A stretch of DNA of 63,888 nt, counting the filler, from Hyphochytrium catenoides (taxonomy: Eukaryota > Protista > Hyphochytriomycota): assembly GCA_900088475.1 (NCBI GenBank). It is 13 parts of 13 records of this genome, joined end to end, with 100 filler letters (N's around TTAATTAATTAA, not from the genome) between each part and the next. Parts side by side here need not be neighbours in the genome. Positions count along the whole stretch, not along the records: positions 35,650 to 46,994 come from FLMG01004098.1; positions 47,095 to 48,130 come from FLMG01001806.1; positions 48,231 to 49,784 come from FLMG01002384.1; positions 49,885 to 60,271 come from FLMG01003453.1; 9 more parts are not named here. One strand, written 5' to 3'. A program made the translations under genes and the position numbers. Below are positions 37,203-49,996 of the stretch, piece after piece; the stretch's first letter is position 1; the number at the start of each line of letters is the position of its first letter. The notes beneath the pieces are model-generated. The model was not told the DNA's origin and made no database searches. It was given only the letters and a program-made list of their open reading frames with translations.

Positions 37203-37670
37203 CTTTAACGGGCAATTCTTGGCCTCTTTCTCTCTCTCCCTTGTTCTAGCTGCAACTGTGCTCCGTAGAGTATCTGCCTCTTCACTTTCTCTCCGATGAA
37301 AGCGATCTGAGGTTATTATTGCCTCTCTCTCGTTTTCTCTATCCTTCTAAGCGTCAGGAGATCGCGCTAATGCTGCTGGAACAGATGGACTGAGCGGGAG
37401 AGAAGCGGATGACTCTCTCTCTTTCTCTCTTTCTCTGTGCTTCCTTGTCTCTCTTCTCTCTCGTGCTCTGTTGTTAAGGTTGCCTGCCCTCGGGAAAGTG
37501 CCGTTAGGAAAGAGGATCCACCGCTCCAACCACCGGCTCTATAAAGCAGGATGCATCAGGTAGAAAAGAGATATCGATCCCCAACAGAACAGTTAGGGGG
37601 AAAGAACGAAACTCTTAGTAAGTTCGACAGGGNNNNNNNNNNNNNNNNNNNNNNNNNNNNNNNNNNNNNN

Positions 37671-37717
<47 letters not shown>

Positions 37718-38237
37718 GAGAGAGAGAGAGATATGGAAAGGAACCAAGAAGAAAGTGCAATTGTAACACCCACTGCAACCCTTGGTGGCTCTTACCAGTT
37801 ATCGCGGATAGATCACTCAAAACAAACCTATTAGTGATTAGAGAAATTGATCTACCTTTGATTTACTACGAGGGGATTACTGTACTGTAACCTTGAGTGG
37901 AAACTTCCTCGAGCTAGTATTTCTTATTTGACCACCCACCTTCTGAAGGGGGTTGTCCTACGGCAAGAAGGGATGGATGGGCGGAAGTTGCAGTTGAACT
38001 TGGGACAAAAAATAAGAACCCTGGACGGCCTCTTCCCCTTCCTCCTTGGCCTCTCTGCTCCCTCCTTGCGCAAGGGTTCGCGCTCTGTCTCATACAGTGA
38101 AGGGACAAAACAGCACTTCCAGCCATATCTCGCATTATCTCTCTGGCAGCTCTGGCTCCCTCCTTGCTCTCTCGCTCGCTCGCTCTCTCTCCCTCTCTTC
38201 TTCTCTCTCTCTCTCTCAATCTCTCTCTCTCTCTCCC

Positions 38238-38283
<46 letters not shown>

Positions 38284-39060
38284 ATTTTCTCTCTCTTTCT
38301 CTCTCTCTCTCTACCTTCCCCTTGCTCTCTTTCTCTATCCCCCCCTCTCTCTTTGTTGGTCCTCTTCCATTCCACCACCTTTCCTCTCGCATCTCTTCCC
38401 TCTCTTTCTGGCTCTCATCTTCTTTGGTCTCTCTCAACACAGCTCCATCTGCACTCAAGAATCCCTCAGGATAATACTGGAGGATCCCTTCGCGTCATCT
38501 TCCCATCTAACCTTTACTGGGTCAACTGAGCTCTAACATCCATCATCTCTCTCTCTCTCTCTCTCTCTCTCGCTCGCTCTCTCTCTCTCTCTCTCTCCTC
38601 TCTTTATCTTGCTCCCTCCTCCTCTCCTCTTTCCCTCGCTCTCTACCTCTAAAACCAAGAAAGATCGCTTTCTCTAGTCGGCGGAGTTACAGTCCAGACT
38701 GTGCTCCATTTGAAGATCTCTTGCAGCAAGTTTGAACCTCGTGGCTCTCTCAAGCTCTCGGTCTCTCTCTTTCTCTCTCTCAATCTCTTTTTTCCTCCTC
38801 CTGGTGGTTAGGCGCTAAGAGCTTTTCTTGAGCTTCAGAAGATCTCTGCTTGGTGGTCCTGCTCCGTCGCGTCCCGATCTGCTGCTGAGCTGGTAGACTT
38901 TCTTCCCTACCCCTCGCTGTCTCTCTTTCCTCTCTTCTTTCTCATTCTCTTTCTCCAAACTCTGCTGTTCTTTCCTACTCCTCTTTCTCTCTCTTTCTCT
39001 CACACACACAGTCAGACAGATAAGGAGCTTCTCTGTCTGTTGTCTCGGTTCATCACCATC

Positions 39061-41443
39061 ATGGTCTATACACGGTCTGCCCGGCACCTGGCCCTGCGCT
39101 ACGCACCATCAACCTTCAAAGAGAAGAGAAGAAAAACCCATGGCTCGCCATCTTCTCGTCTCTCTTCTCCCCTTCTTTTCTCTCTCTCATCGCTGGCCTT
39201 CCTGGCTAATGAAGCGCAGTGCAGGGAAGAGAAGGAGAGGAAGGATGATATAACAGGGAGAGAAATAGAGGGAGAGATTACCGCCAATCGTCAACTGATG
39301 CGCCATCCATCGACTCACAGATGGTTAGAAGCGATCAAGAGGAGAGAGAAAAGCGATCCTTCTTCTTCTTCTCTTCTCTCTCCGTCTCTCTCCTCTCGAG
39401 TCCGCCTCAAGACTCTCTCTGAAGAGACAAGAAGAGAAGAAGATCTTGCTCCCTATCTCTTCTGTCAGGGCATTTCGATCTGTGCCATTCAAAATAGCCG
39501 CCCTTCCATGGAAGATGCTGTCTTTGTTTCTTCAGAAGGAGAGTTTCTCTCTCTCTTTGACGGCCATGGAGGACATGAAGTGGCTCAGATTCTATCGGAG
39601 AAGCTCTATGGAGAGTATAAAAAGAGAATAGAGAAGAAAACAGCGAGGAGAGAAGTAGAAAGAAGCTTGAGAGAGGCGATTGAGGCCATAGACAGACAGG
39701 TTCAGGTAGGAGAGAAATGAAAGGGCGATGGACGTCTTTCCTATCAGTCTTTGTCTATGTTGATCTTCTCCCTCTCTTTCTCTCCCTGGTCCCACCATCT
39801 TTTCTTCTCTCTCTCGCCGTCCCTTCTCTTTCTCTGTCTCGATTTTCTATGTCTTGCCATTCTCCAGTCAACACGCTTTTCGAGGAACCTAATATCTCCT
39901 TCTCTCTTCTCGACCATCCTGATCTGTCTCTTTCCCCGGCAGCCTCTTTCTCTCTCTCTCTCTCTCTCTGCTCTCTCTCCCATTCTGTCTCTTTCTCTTT
40001 TTCTCTCTTTTCCCTTTGCTCCTGCTGTTCTTCTTTCTTTCTTCCCTATGTTTAAGAAAAACGCTCTGATTTTTTTGGCATCATCAGGAGGTTCCGTGGC
40101 TGGATTTCATGGGTTCAACAGCGACTGTCATTCTCTTGCAGCAGGGAAGCATTATTGCCGCCAACGTAGGAGACTCTAGGGCTGTGCTCTGTCGGAACGG
40201 TAAGTTCTATCTCTTTCTTTCTCTCTCTCTCTCTCTCACTCTCTCTCTCTCACTCTCTCTCTGTGGTTTCTGGTGCTCTCTGGCACCGTGACATTGACTT
40301 CTTCTCCTCGTCTGGCCGATCATATAAACCGCTCAGGCTCCCCAGTCCCTCTCACTCGGGACCATAAACCAGAAGACCCAGAGGAGCGCAGGCGGATCCA
40401 AGAGAGAGGAGGCGTCGTTTCCTGGTGCAGCTATGAACCTTCCTCCCCAATCTGCGCCTCTGCTACGCCTCGAACCTCTTCTCCGCCGTCTTCTCTCTCC
40501 TATGGAGATTATCGCGTCAATGGTAACTTGTCTATGTCCCGGGCAATCGGTGATGCGGAAGAGAAACCGTCCATAAGCGCGGTAAGTGATTTTTAGGGGC
40601 AGGCGCAGAGATCATCCACTGGGAAGGGCAAAGAAGAGAGAGAAAGAGACCCAGTGCGGGAAGAGAGATGAAGAGAGAGAGAGAGAGAGTATATAAAAAA
40701 GGAGGAGAGAGGAATCAACAACAGTCCGGGAGAGTCTTTAACGCTGTCGCCCTTCCCAGGAGCCTGATATTAAGAGCTACGCCAGAGATTTATTGCACGA
40801 TGAATTTATTGTCATTGCCAGTGATGGGCTCTGGGACGTTATGAGCAATGAGGTCTGTGGACCTGTCTCTCTCTCTCTCTCTCTTTCTCACTATCTATGT
40901 CTCTCTCTCTCTCCTTTGTTTAATAGCTTTGTCTCTATCTTCCTCGGCGCCAAAGCTGTTTCCCTTTCAGCCGGTCTCTCTCTCTCGAACTGTTTCTTGG
41001 TCTCTCCTTGTCGATCGCATCAACTCTCTTCCTTCTTTTTTGTTCTCATTCCCTTTTCGTTCTTCTCTCACAGGAAGTTTGTGACTTTGTCAGAGACCGT
41101 CTAGAGGAGACCAACAACGACTCTGTTTCAGACATCAGGCAAGGCTTCTTACCTCTTGTCTCTTTCTTTCTCTTTCCTCGTTCCTCTCGCTCGCTCACTC
41201 TTTAACTGATCCCTTCTCTTCGTAAGCCCTATGATGTCCTCTCCTAGAACTGGGATGCGCGATCGTTTCCTTTGCTAGATCCTTTCCACGATTGCATTCT
41301 CTCTCATTTGGTCAAAGGCGTCATGGCCTTCCATCGTCCTTACCATCTTGTTGCAGGGGAAAGATGGCTTCTTCTCTTGCCAGACACGCCCAGCTTCTAG
41401 GCTCAGACGACAACATCTCTGTCATTTTGGTCTGGCTGAAGTG
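39061..41443 (+). CDS. PP2C (PPM) protein phosphatase
   Basis: RPSMEDA, FDGHGG, GSTA, NVGDSRAVL, LTRDHKP, RVNGNLSMSRAIGD, ASDGLWDV and GSDDNISV. Confidence 0.95.
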
Positions 41444-42053
41444 AGCAAACCAATGCAAGGAAGAGAAAAGTGGAGAGAGAGAGAGAGAGACAAAGAATAA
41501 GAGTAAGGGGAAAAAGAGAAAGAAGGTTAAGGGGAATTGTTGCAAGCGGGTCAATGGCGGGAGCTATCGAGAAGGAATCGATGCTGGGATGTTTGTTCTA
41601 TCTGTGTCTGTGGAAGTGTGTACTCTCTATGTGGCTAACTCTATGTGTATCAGGAAAAAAGAATAGGGGAGAGAGAGAGAGAGAGAGAGAGAGCCGTACG
41701 GTATGTCTTAACTAGGCCTTTGCTGCCTGCATTTCTATGTTTGTGTATCATAAAAGTAATACTATGAGTGGCCTGGACAGTCTTTCCTTTCTAGCCTGAG
41801 TTGCATCCTCTCCTCTTTGACTCTCTCTTCACTGATGCCAAGAGCAGAAATAATAGATAACTTTGACTAAGAGCGACTTCTTATGCTGCTGTGGCAATTA
41901 GTACTCTAGAGTCTCTCTCTTCCGTTCATCTCTCTTTCGCTCTCTGTCCGATTTCCTCGTTCCTTGTAGCTGTCCTTCTTCTTCAGATATCACTCTACCT
42001 ATTCATCCAGTCTGTCTCTCTCTCTCCGTCTTTCTCTTTCTCTCCCACCTCTC

Positions 42054-42876
42054 TCATCCACAGAGTGCCTGCACCTCAGCGGTAAGCCTCACAAACATCT
42101 GCTGCAGGTTCTCCTGGATGATTTCTCTCTTGATGCCGATCTGATAGCTTAGAGAGTCAACCTTGGCGGGCAGATTGGCTGAAAGCTCCCGAAGTGGGAG
42201 AAGAGGATCGTGTCCTCCCTTTCTTTGAGCTTCTACAGCCGTTAGACAGTGCTTCGAGAGCTAGAGAAAGATGTAAAGCAGTAGGAAGGGAGAGAGAGAG
42301 TGAGGCGAAGAAGAAGAGTGACAAATAGAGGGAAAGAATGAGAAAGAGAGAGTAGAGCGGAATCAGAGAGAAACGAGAGAGATGAAAGAAAGAAGAGAGA
42401 CAAAAGACACGAAGGAAGGAGAAAGAGTGAGGAGAAGAGGGAGAACGAGAGAGCAAGAGAGAGGGCGAGGGAGAGAGAGAGAGACTGAGGCAAAGAGCGA
42501 TATAGAAAAGGGTAAATAGTGGTAGAATAAAGTGTAAGAGAGAGCTGCAACAGTGGCCAAGAGACGTCCTGCGTCAGGTTTAAAGATAACTCTGACGAAG
42601 AATGAGAAAGACAGAAAGAAAGTGAGACACACAACTGGGGGAGCGGCAATGTGAAACATAGAAAAAGAGAAAGAGAGAGAGAAGAGGCTGCTTATCTGTC
42701 CTTACACTTTGCAAAACCTCTGCTAGCTCTGCCATCGCGGTTTCGGGATCATCGTGTTCGGTCTGGCAGGAGATGAAGGAAGAGAATAGAAGACGAAGTT
42801 TGTTAGGGCGGAAGACAAGAAGAGAGGAAGTTATTGACAGCGTTTGAGAAGATGAGAAGAGGCAGCGAGAGAGAGC

Positions 42877-42925
<49 letters not shown>

Positions 42926-45900
42926 GAGAGAGGGAGAGAGAGAGAGAAGAGAGAGGGGGAAGGTGAGGGAAGAGGGAGAGAGAAGAAAGAGGGAGAGAGA
43001 CAGAGTGAGAAACTCACCCAGGGCTCATCCTCGTCAATATCACTCAAAGGAGGATGCGCGAGGAGAAACGGATGCTGGAGGAGCTGCTTGGCTGAGGCGC
43101 GCTTGTCCTTATCTTTATGAAGACACTAAAGGCGAAAGAGAGAGAGAGAGAGACACGAAAAGAGAGAGTAGGAGAAAAGGAGAGTCCGCGAGGAACGGTA
43201 GAGTAGCCCCCGATATAATAGGAGACACGGGAGAGTGTGAGCGGATCGCCATAGCTTCTTACAATTGCAGGCACAAGTGGTTAGAATAGGCTTGAAAGGA
43301 GAGAAGACGAGAGAGAGAGAAGGCGAAGATTGTCTTGTGGCTCTAATGAAGAGTGAAGAGATGAGCCTAAGAGCAAGGGAAGCGGGAGAGGGGTGAGGTG
43401 TTCAGCTTCGTCTCTGTCATTATCTCTCTGAGATTCCCTTTCTCTCTTGCTCTTTCCCTCATTCCCACCTGAGTTACAAAGTCACAGAACTCCGGAGAGA
43501 ACTTGTCCGTGGGTAGCTCCGGAGGCTGATNNNNNNNNNNNNNNNNNNNNAGAGAGAGAGAGAGAGAACGGGCACCAGGTTGAGACCAGAGTTAGACGAG
43601 CCGATGCATAACGGGAGGTAGGTGCTCTGCAATAGATATGCAGAAGAAGAGATGGTACGTCCGAGAGACAGTGGAGCAGATAATCAAGAGAGAGAAAGTG
43701 TGAGAGAAAGAGAATGAGGCCAGGGGCACGACACCTTCTCCTCTCTAAGAGACTGCAGCAGGCTCCAGTAGCCGCCAGTGGTCCGCAAAGGAAACTTGCC
43801 TAGCGCGCAAGTCATCACAGAAAGACCGAAGGACCAAATGTCTGAGCTATATGAGTAAGACTAGAGAATAAGGGAAAGAGGGAGAAAGGGGGAGAGAGAG
43901 ACGGACAGAAAGAGAGAGACAGCGAGAAGGAGAAAGTTAGTTCGCAGAAAGACTAAAGGTTGAGTGAGTAGGAAAGTTACTGGAAGAGGTGACGGAGAGA
44001 AGAGAGAGACAAACAAGCCTGTTCATAGGGTAATCTGAGAGAGAACAAGCTAGGAAAGCCTTCACTTTGGAAGTAGACTAAGGGAGAGGGAGCGATAAGG
44101 GGAGAGAGAGAGAGAAGTGCAATGCGAGAGGAAGCGCAGAGCTTTTTTTGACGGCTAGTGATCGTAACGAGCAGGAGAGAGAGAGAGAGAGAAGCGCAAT
44201 GTCAAAGAGGGAGAGAGACGTTTGAGCGCCCCCTGATCATAGCGAAGAAGACGAAGAGAGCGACAGGACTACTGTCTCATATGCTTTCTCTCTTCTCTCC
44301 TCTCCCTGCTCTCTAACTCTCTCTCTGCTATGCACGCAGCTTTCTTACCTCCCCGGCGATTCTCTCGGGAGACATGTAGGTGAGAGTCCCGACAAAGGTG
44401 TTGGCTTTAGCCATAGAGTTCTCCAGATCCCGCACGATACCGAAGTCCGACACCTGAGCGTACACGGGCGGAGGAGGAAGAAGAAAGTTAGGATGAGAAG
44501 TTGAACTGGAGCCGGTCAAAAATTGAGAAAGAGGAAAGAGAGAGTAAAATCAGGTTGGGAATATTTAGGTAACGAGAGAGANNNNNNNNNNNNNNNNNNN
44601 NNNNNNNNNNNNNNNNNNNNNNNNNNNNNNNNNNNNNNNNNNNNNNNNNNNNNNNNNNNAGAGAGAGAGAGAGAGAAGAAAGAGGGAAAAACAAGGGGAC
44701 AGAGAGAAAGAAAGAATATAAGAGAGAAGTGAAATGAGAGAGAAAGACAATGGGAGAGAAACGAGCAGATAAAGAAAAAGAGAAAGAGAGATAGACAGGT
44801 CGACGAGTTTGGAAAGACGGGAGAGATAGAGCTATGCAAGAGAAGAAGAGAGACCAAAAGGCTTACTTTGACGTGTCCCTTGTGATCGATAAGAAGGTTG
44901 CCAGGCTTGATATCCCGATGTACCTGATGCTTCTCATGGATAAATGCCAAGCCCTGTAGGACATAGAAAGAGAGAGAGACACAGGACAACAGTAAGAGAG
45001 AAGGTCCTTTCTCTCTCTCTTTCTCTCTCTCGCCCTCTAGTTCTAAGGGCTGTTAGCCCAGAGAGGAGAGGCCAAACGACTGGCCCTCAGCTCTGTCTCT
45101 CTCCTGCGAGGTCAAACTTGCTTTCTCTCTTCTCTTCTCCTTCCTCGACAATGTCTCCGCCGTTCTCTTATTCGAAAACGTTCAAACCTTTAGGATTCTT
45201 CGGGAGATGTTCGCCAGGACGCTCTCTGACGCACAGCCACCAGAGTCCACGATGTCCTTAGATAAGAGTATAATGAAGATGTGTAAGAGGGAGAGACGGG
45301 GAAGGAAAGAGCCCAGGAGCGTGGGAGAGAGAGAGAGAGAAAGAAGAGAGTAAAGAGAGGAACTAAGAAGAACAAATCGAATTCGCAAGTCTGATGACAC
45401 ATGAGGACTCGACAGCTTACATACCCATGAGAAAGCAAGAGGAATGTATATATATATAGAGAGAGAGAGAGAGGAGGGAGATGAAGAGTGAGCGAGAGAG
45501 GGAAAGCGAGACGGAGAGTTGGGAGAGAAAAAGAGGGAAGAGAAGGAAAAAGGCGAAAGTGAACAACGAGGGAGAGATGGGAGAGAGAAAGAGCTGAGAG
45601 AGAAATGAGAGAGAGAGAGTGAGAGAGAAGAAAGGGGAGGAGGGAAGAAAAGAGAGGAGAGAGAGAGACTACAGCTACCTGCAATGAGCCTCCGTCCATG
45701 TATTCTACGACAATGGAGATATTTCCCTCGTTCGGGTTGATGAAAGCGTCATAGAAAGAGACGACGAAAGGACATGGGCTGCGGCTCCTGACTCCCTCTG
45801 TGGAGATAGAAGAGAGCCACAGAAAGAGAAGCAAAAGCTTCCTTAGATCGGGGAAGAACAAGTCATAGAAGAGAAAAAGAAGCTCCAGAGAAAGAGAAGA

Positions 45901-45970
45901 GGGATTGAAAGACTGAGAGAGGAGGAAATGAGAGGGACCGAGCAACCACATCTGTCTTTCTTCCTTTCCT

Positions 45971-46006
<36 letters not shown>

Positions 46007-46760
46007 TTTCTCTCTCCTTCTCTCTCTCTCCTCCTGCCTTCCTCTCCTTTCCTCACCTGAGAGAGGGACCATATTGCTATAGAGTGCTCTGAGCTCCTTA
46101 ACCATCTGATGTCTCTTCTCACTCTCAAAGACCGGAATGACCTTCACAGCGACCAGGCGGAATGTGGGAAGATGCAAAGCTTTGTGAACCACGCCGCTGG
46201 CGCCTTTGCCCAACATACAAAGCTTCACGATGTTTCCCTGAATGTTAACAGGCTCGATCGTTGACTTCTCGGGAGATTTGGTGATGCCAGATTTCTTGGG
46301 GGACGAGGAGAAACAGACAGGGAGCAGGAGAGAGAAGAGAGAGAGCAGGAGAGAGAAGAGAGAGAGCAGGAGAGAAGAGAGAGAGAGATAAAGAACGTGA
46401 GAGAGACAGACAGAGACATGGAGGCGGAGAGAGAGAGAGAGAAGAGAAGAAGGAGGATAGAGAAACTGTTAGACCACAGATATCGAAATTAGGGGAGAGA
46501 GAGAAAGAGAGAGAGGCGTGGGAGGGAGAGAAGAAGAGAGAGAGAAGAAGAGAGAGAAAAGAAGAGACAGAGAGCCTTCTATTTTCCCCCTTACTATCCG
46601 CTCCTGCAAGCCTTTCCTCTTCTTACCTTTATCTGGAAGTCTGCCACGTTAAATGTCCCGGAGGCGGAGAGCTTATAAGACTGCTGCATCGCCACCTCCT
46701 GCTCTGTGATGTCCGAAAGATTGATCTGAAGGCCAGCTGCGGGCTGACGAGGTCCTCGCT
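42054..46760 (-). CDS. MAP kinase kinase (STE7 family), 5'-truncated
   Basis: [33 protein letters not shown], activation loop S-x5-T (SMAKANT), [13 protein letters not shown] and SDIWSFG. Confidence 0.95.
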
Positions 46761-47206
46761 CTGGAAAGACAAAGGCAAGAGATTAGGGGATGAAGAGAGA
46801 GGAGACAAGGACAAACAGAGAGAGAGAGTGAGAGCGAGAGAGAAAGAGAAAGAAAGACATTATGCAAGGGCCAGGAAGGGCTAAAGAGCTAGAAGAGAGA
46901 CGGAGGAAAGCTAGAAAAGAAACTTCACAGATAGAGGATAGGACCAACTCAAGCCACAAGGAGAGGAGAGAGAGAAGAGAGAAGAGAGAGAGAGNNNNNN
47001 NNNNNNNNNNNNNNNNNNNNNNNNNNNNNNNNNNNNNNTTAATTAATTAANNNNNNNNNNNNNNNNNNNNNNNNNNNNNNNNNNNNNNNNNNNNCTCTCT
47101 CTCTTTCTCTCTCTCTCTCTTTCTCTCTCTCTCTTCCTTTCTCTCTCTCTCTCTTTCCTTTGATGTTCTGTTGGATTTCCTCTTGAACTTAATAGCTTTT
47201 GCCCTA

Positions 47207-47573
47207 GAAACGAAGACAACAAAGGGAACTTCGCGGTTATGTTTTTAACAGAGAGTACCCGGAACCTAAGGGAAGGAGACGACTAAGTGGACAAGAAGGA
47301 GAGCAGGCCAGGAAAGAGAGAGAGAAGAGACTGAAAGAAAAGAGCTGGGCCAGTAAGCAGTCTAGGAATCTCCTCTATCGACGCCAACAGTATGAGCACC
47401 TTCTCGCTCTATTAGAGAAAGAGCAGGAGAAAGAGATAGAAAGAGAGATGGAGCTGCTACGAGTCTCCGTCAATCAAGGTATCAAGGGAGCTATCTTCTC
47501 GTCTCTCTCTCTCTTCTCTCCAACAATTTCGTGATAGGTTACGTCTGTAAGAGGAAGCATCAGAATAGGCAGA

Positions 47574-47608
<35 letters not shown>

Positions 47609-47873
47609 AAGAGCGCGCGCGCGAGGGAGAGAGAGAGGTAAAAAGAAGCAGCGGGACAAGAGAAGGCAAACAAGAAGAGAGCTAATTTTCCTCCTCTCTC
47701 TCTCTCTTTCAGGTGACAAGGAGATGAGTAAGCGGCGAGCGCGAATCCTCCGTGAGCGGCTGGAGGCCGCGGATCGCTTGGTGCGGATCCTTGAGGACTA
47801 TGACCTCGTGAGAGAGAGTGAGGTTATCGACTACACCAGGAAACATCTATCGTTCAGTCCTTCCTCTTCATGA
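47207..47873 (+). CDS. Last two exons of a charged coiled-coil protein
   Basis: YRRQQYEHLLALLEKEQEKEIEREMELL, a GT-AG intron (about 47499-47712), then RRARILRERLEAADRLVRILEDY..stop. Confidence 0.55.
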
Positions 47874-49996
47874 CTCTGTCTCTCTTCTTTCTCTCTCTCC
47901 TACTATACTCGAGGGGCTGTGAGAGAATGTCTAAAAGTTCCATAGGTCACACTTTCTCTCTCCCTCTGTCTCTCTAAATCTTCTAATCCTCTGGCTTCCA
48001 ACCTCAAAGAGCCACGTGTCACTTTTAATCTATCTATTTATTCTGTCTGTTACCTCTAGCGATTGGCCTCCTGTGCTTCTCACAGCAGCTAATCTCCATA
48101 AAAAACAAAAAGAAAAGAGTTGGGGAGACANNNNNNNNNNNNNNNNNNNNNNNNNNNNNNNNNNNNNNNNNNNNTTAATTAATTAANNNNNNNNNNNNNN
48201 NNNNNNNNNNNNNNNNNNNNNNNNNNNNNNTAACGCGGCAATAGAGATTCATTTAGAGACTCCCGGTGGAGATGCTCTGAATGAGAGTAAGTATTGACAA
48301 AACTATCACAGGTGGGGAGGAAAGTACTCATACACAAAGTTTACACCAGATCAGCCTGTAGAAGGCCAGTCCCTTTTATAAGGATTTCATATAAATAAAC
48401 AACCAAATATTTATTCGATATCTTTTCGAGGTTAATGTTGCCTTTATTACTAGAAAAAATTAAGGAGTGACTAGTAGACTACTTAAAAGACTGTCTTTAT
48501 TATTAGGCGGTTAGCACTCTTTTTAATAAAAACGAATCCCGATGCTCACTACTTTTATCTTCTCCTAATACTTTATTAGCTTCTTTTCTTATGGTGACCT
48601 TTCTTATCCCCCCTTTTTTCCCCTCAGGTGGTGGTGTTTGGCAAGAGGTTCTACAAGGTAGGACGCTGGGCAGTGGATCCCTTTTTCGTTCTGATCCTCT
48701 AGGAAGGTCGGTCGGTTGTGCCTCCTCCACTCCTTCTGTAGCTAACGACTCCGATAAGAGGGTCGGTCGTCGGAGGTCTCTAGGAGGACATCCATTCAGC
48801 CTGTCCATAATAAATGATAGCGTCTGGATCACTTCCAGACAGGAGACAGGGGTCAGGTGAGTGATGTGAGAGGGGCGGAAAGAACAGCATGCACCCTTTC
48901 TATCACCAGATCCCCACACTGATGACCAGGGAGGAGGAGGAGGAGTGGCCTGGTGATGCCTGTCATCATCTCGTCTCTGGGTGCAGCAGTGACAGTAGGC
49001 AGTAGGGCCTAGATTATTGGTCATGTGCACAGAGGCTGCCCTGGCGCACAACGCTTGATTGTGCTTCCGTTGTGATGGGGGAATTCAGCGAAGATTCGAT
49101 GATGGTAGTAGGACTGCTCTATGGGCGCTGTCCCTCGTCTAGCAACAGACAAGATGATCCAGTTAGGGCAGACAGCTGCTCTTTCCGACTGTCTCTTGGT
49201 CAAGATTGGGTTTAAAATTCTAAGAAGGGGATCTGAACCATCACTGATCTTTGGTTGTTTTCCTGCCTTATATAGACTGATGTTGCCGAATGGCATCTGC
49301 GTACAGGCGGATGTCGTCTGTGAGCAAAGATTGAGCTCGCAGAGCCACGCAAAAGCTCTCTTTTTTGCCATCACTGATCTTTTAGCTAATCACCTACCAA
49401 TCTTCTGCGACGAAGAGGGCAGGCAATTCTTCTCCTTCCTAATAAGCTGGGCTTCTCACTGCTAGTACTGCTTCCGTCCGTAGATGGTTTCGTGTCGGTA
49501 ATAAGAAGAGCTTATATAGCTGCATTTCCTGGTCCCATCAGTCCCTCAGCATTATTCGCTTAGCAGACGAGCCTCTAGAGGCTTGCCTAGTGAATGACAT
49601 TTGAATGACCTATCCGCCTTCACCCTTTCTTCTCTTCTCAAAAGCAAAGGGATGAAAGTGTCTTCTTCACCTGCTATTCTACGAAGGTCTACCAAACAAG
49701 ATGGATGCCAGCATGCTAGAAGAGATGGTCTCCATAGCAATGCAAGGCACCAAGATGAGGAAGGACTCCCACTATTGGTGCCTGNNNNNNNNNNNNNNNN
49801 NNNNNNNNNNNNNNNNNNNNNNNNNNNNTTAATTAATTAANNNNNNNNNNNNNNNNNNNNNNNNNNNNNNNNNNNNNNNNNNNNCCAGAGACTCCTGATC
49901 TTAACTTACGCGGCTCCTTCAGGGCCCAGCTCGTTCGCCTCTCAAGCGCTAGGACCATTGGAGGATCACCAGGACTATCTTAGAGTACTGAGCATC

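Noticed and set aside
37914-38536. Long SLSLSL/ERERER ORFs here and at 24170-24668, 36390-36914 and 60594-61160
   Set aside because: Translations of GA/CT microsatellite tracts that lack stop codons.
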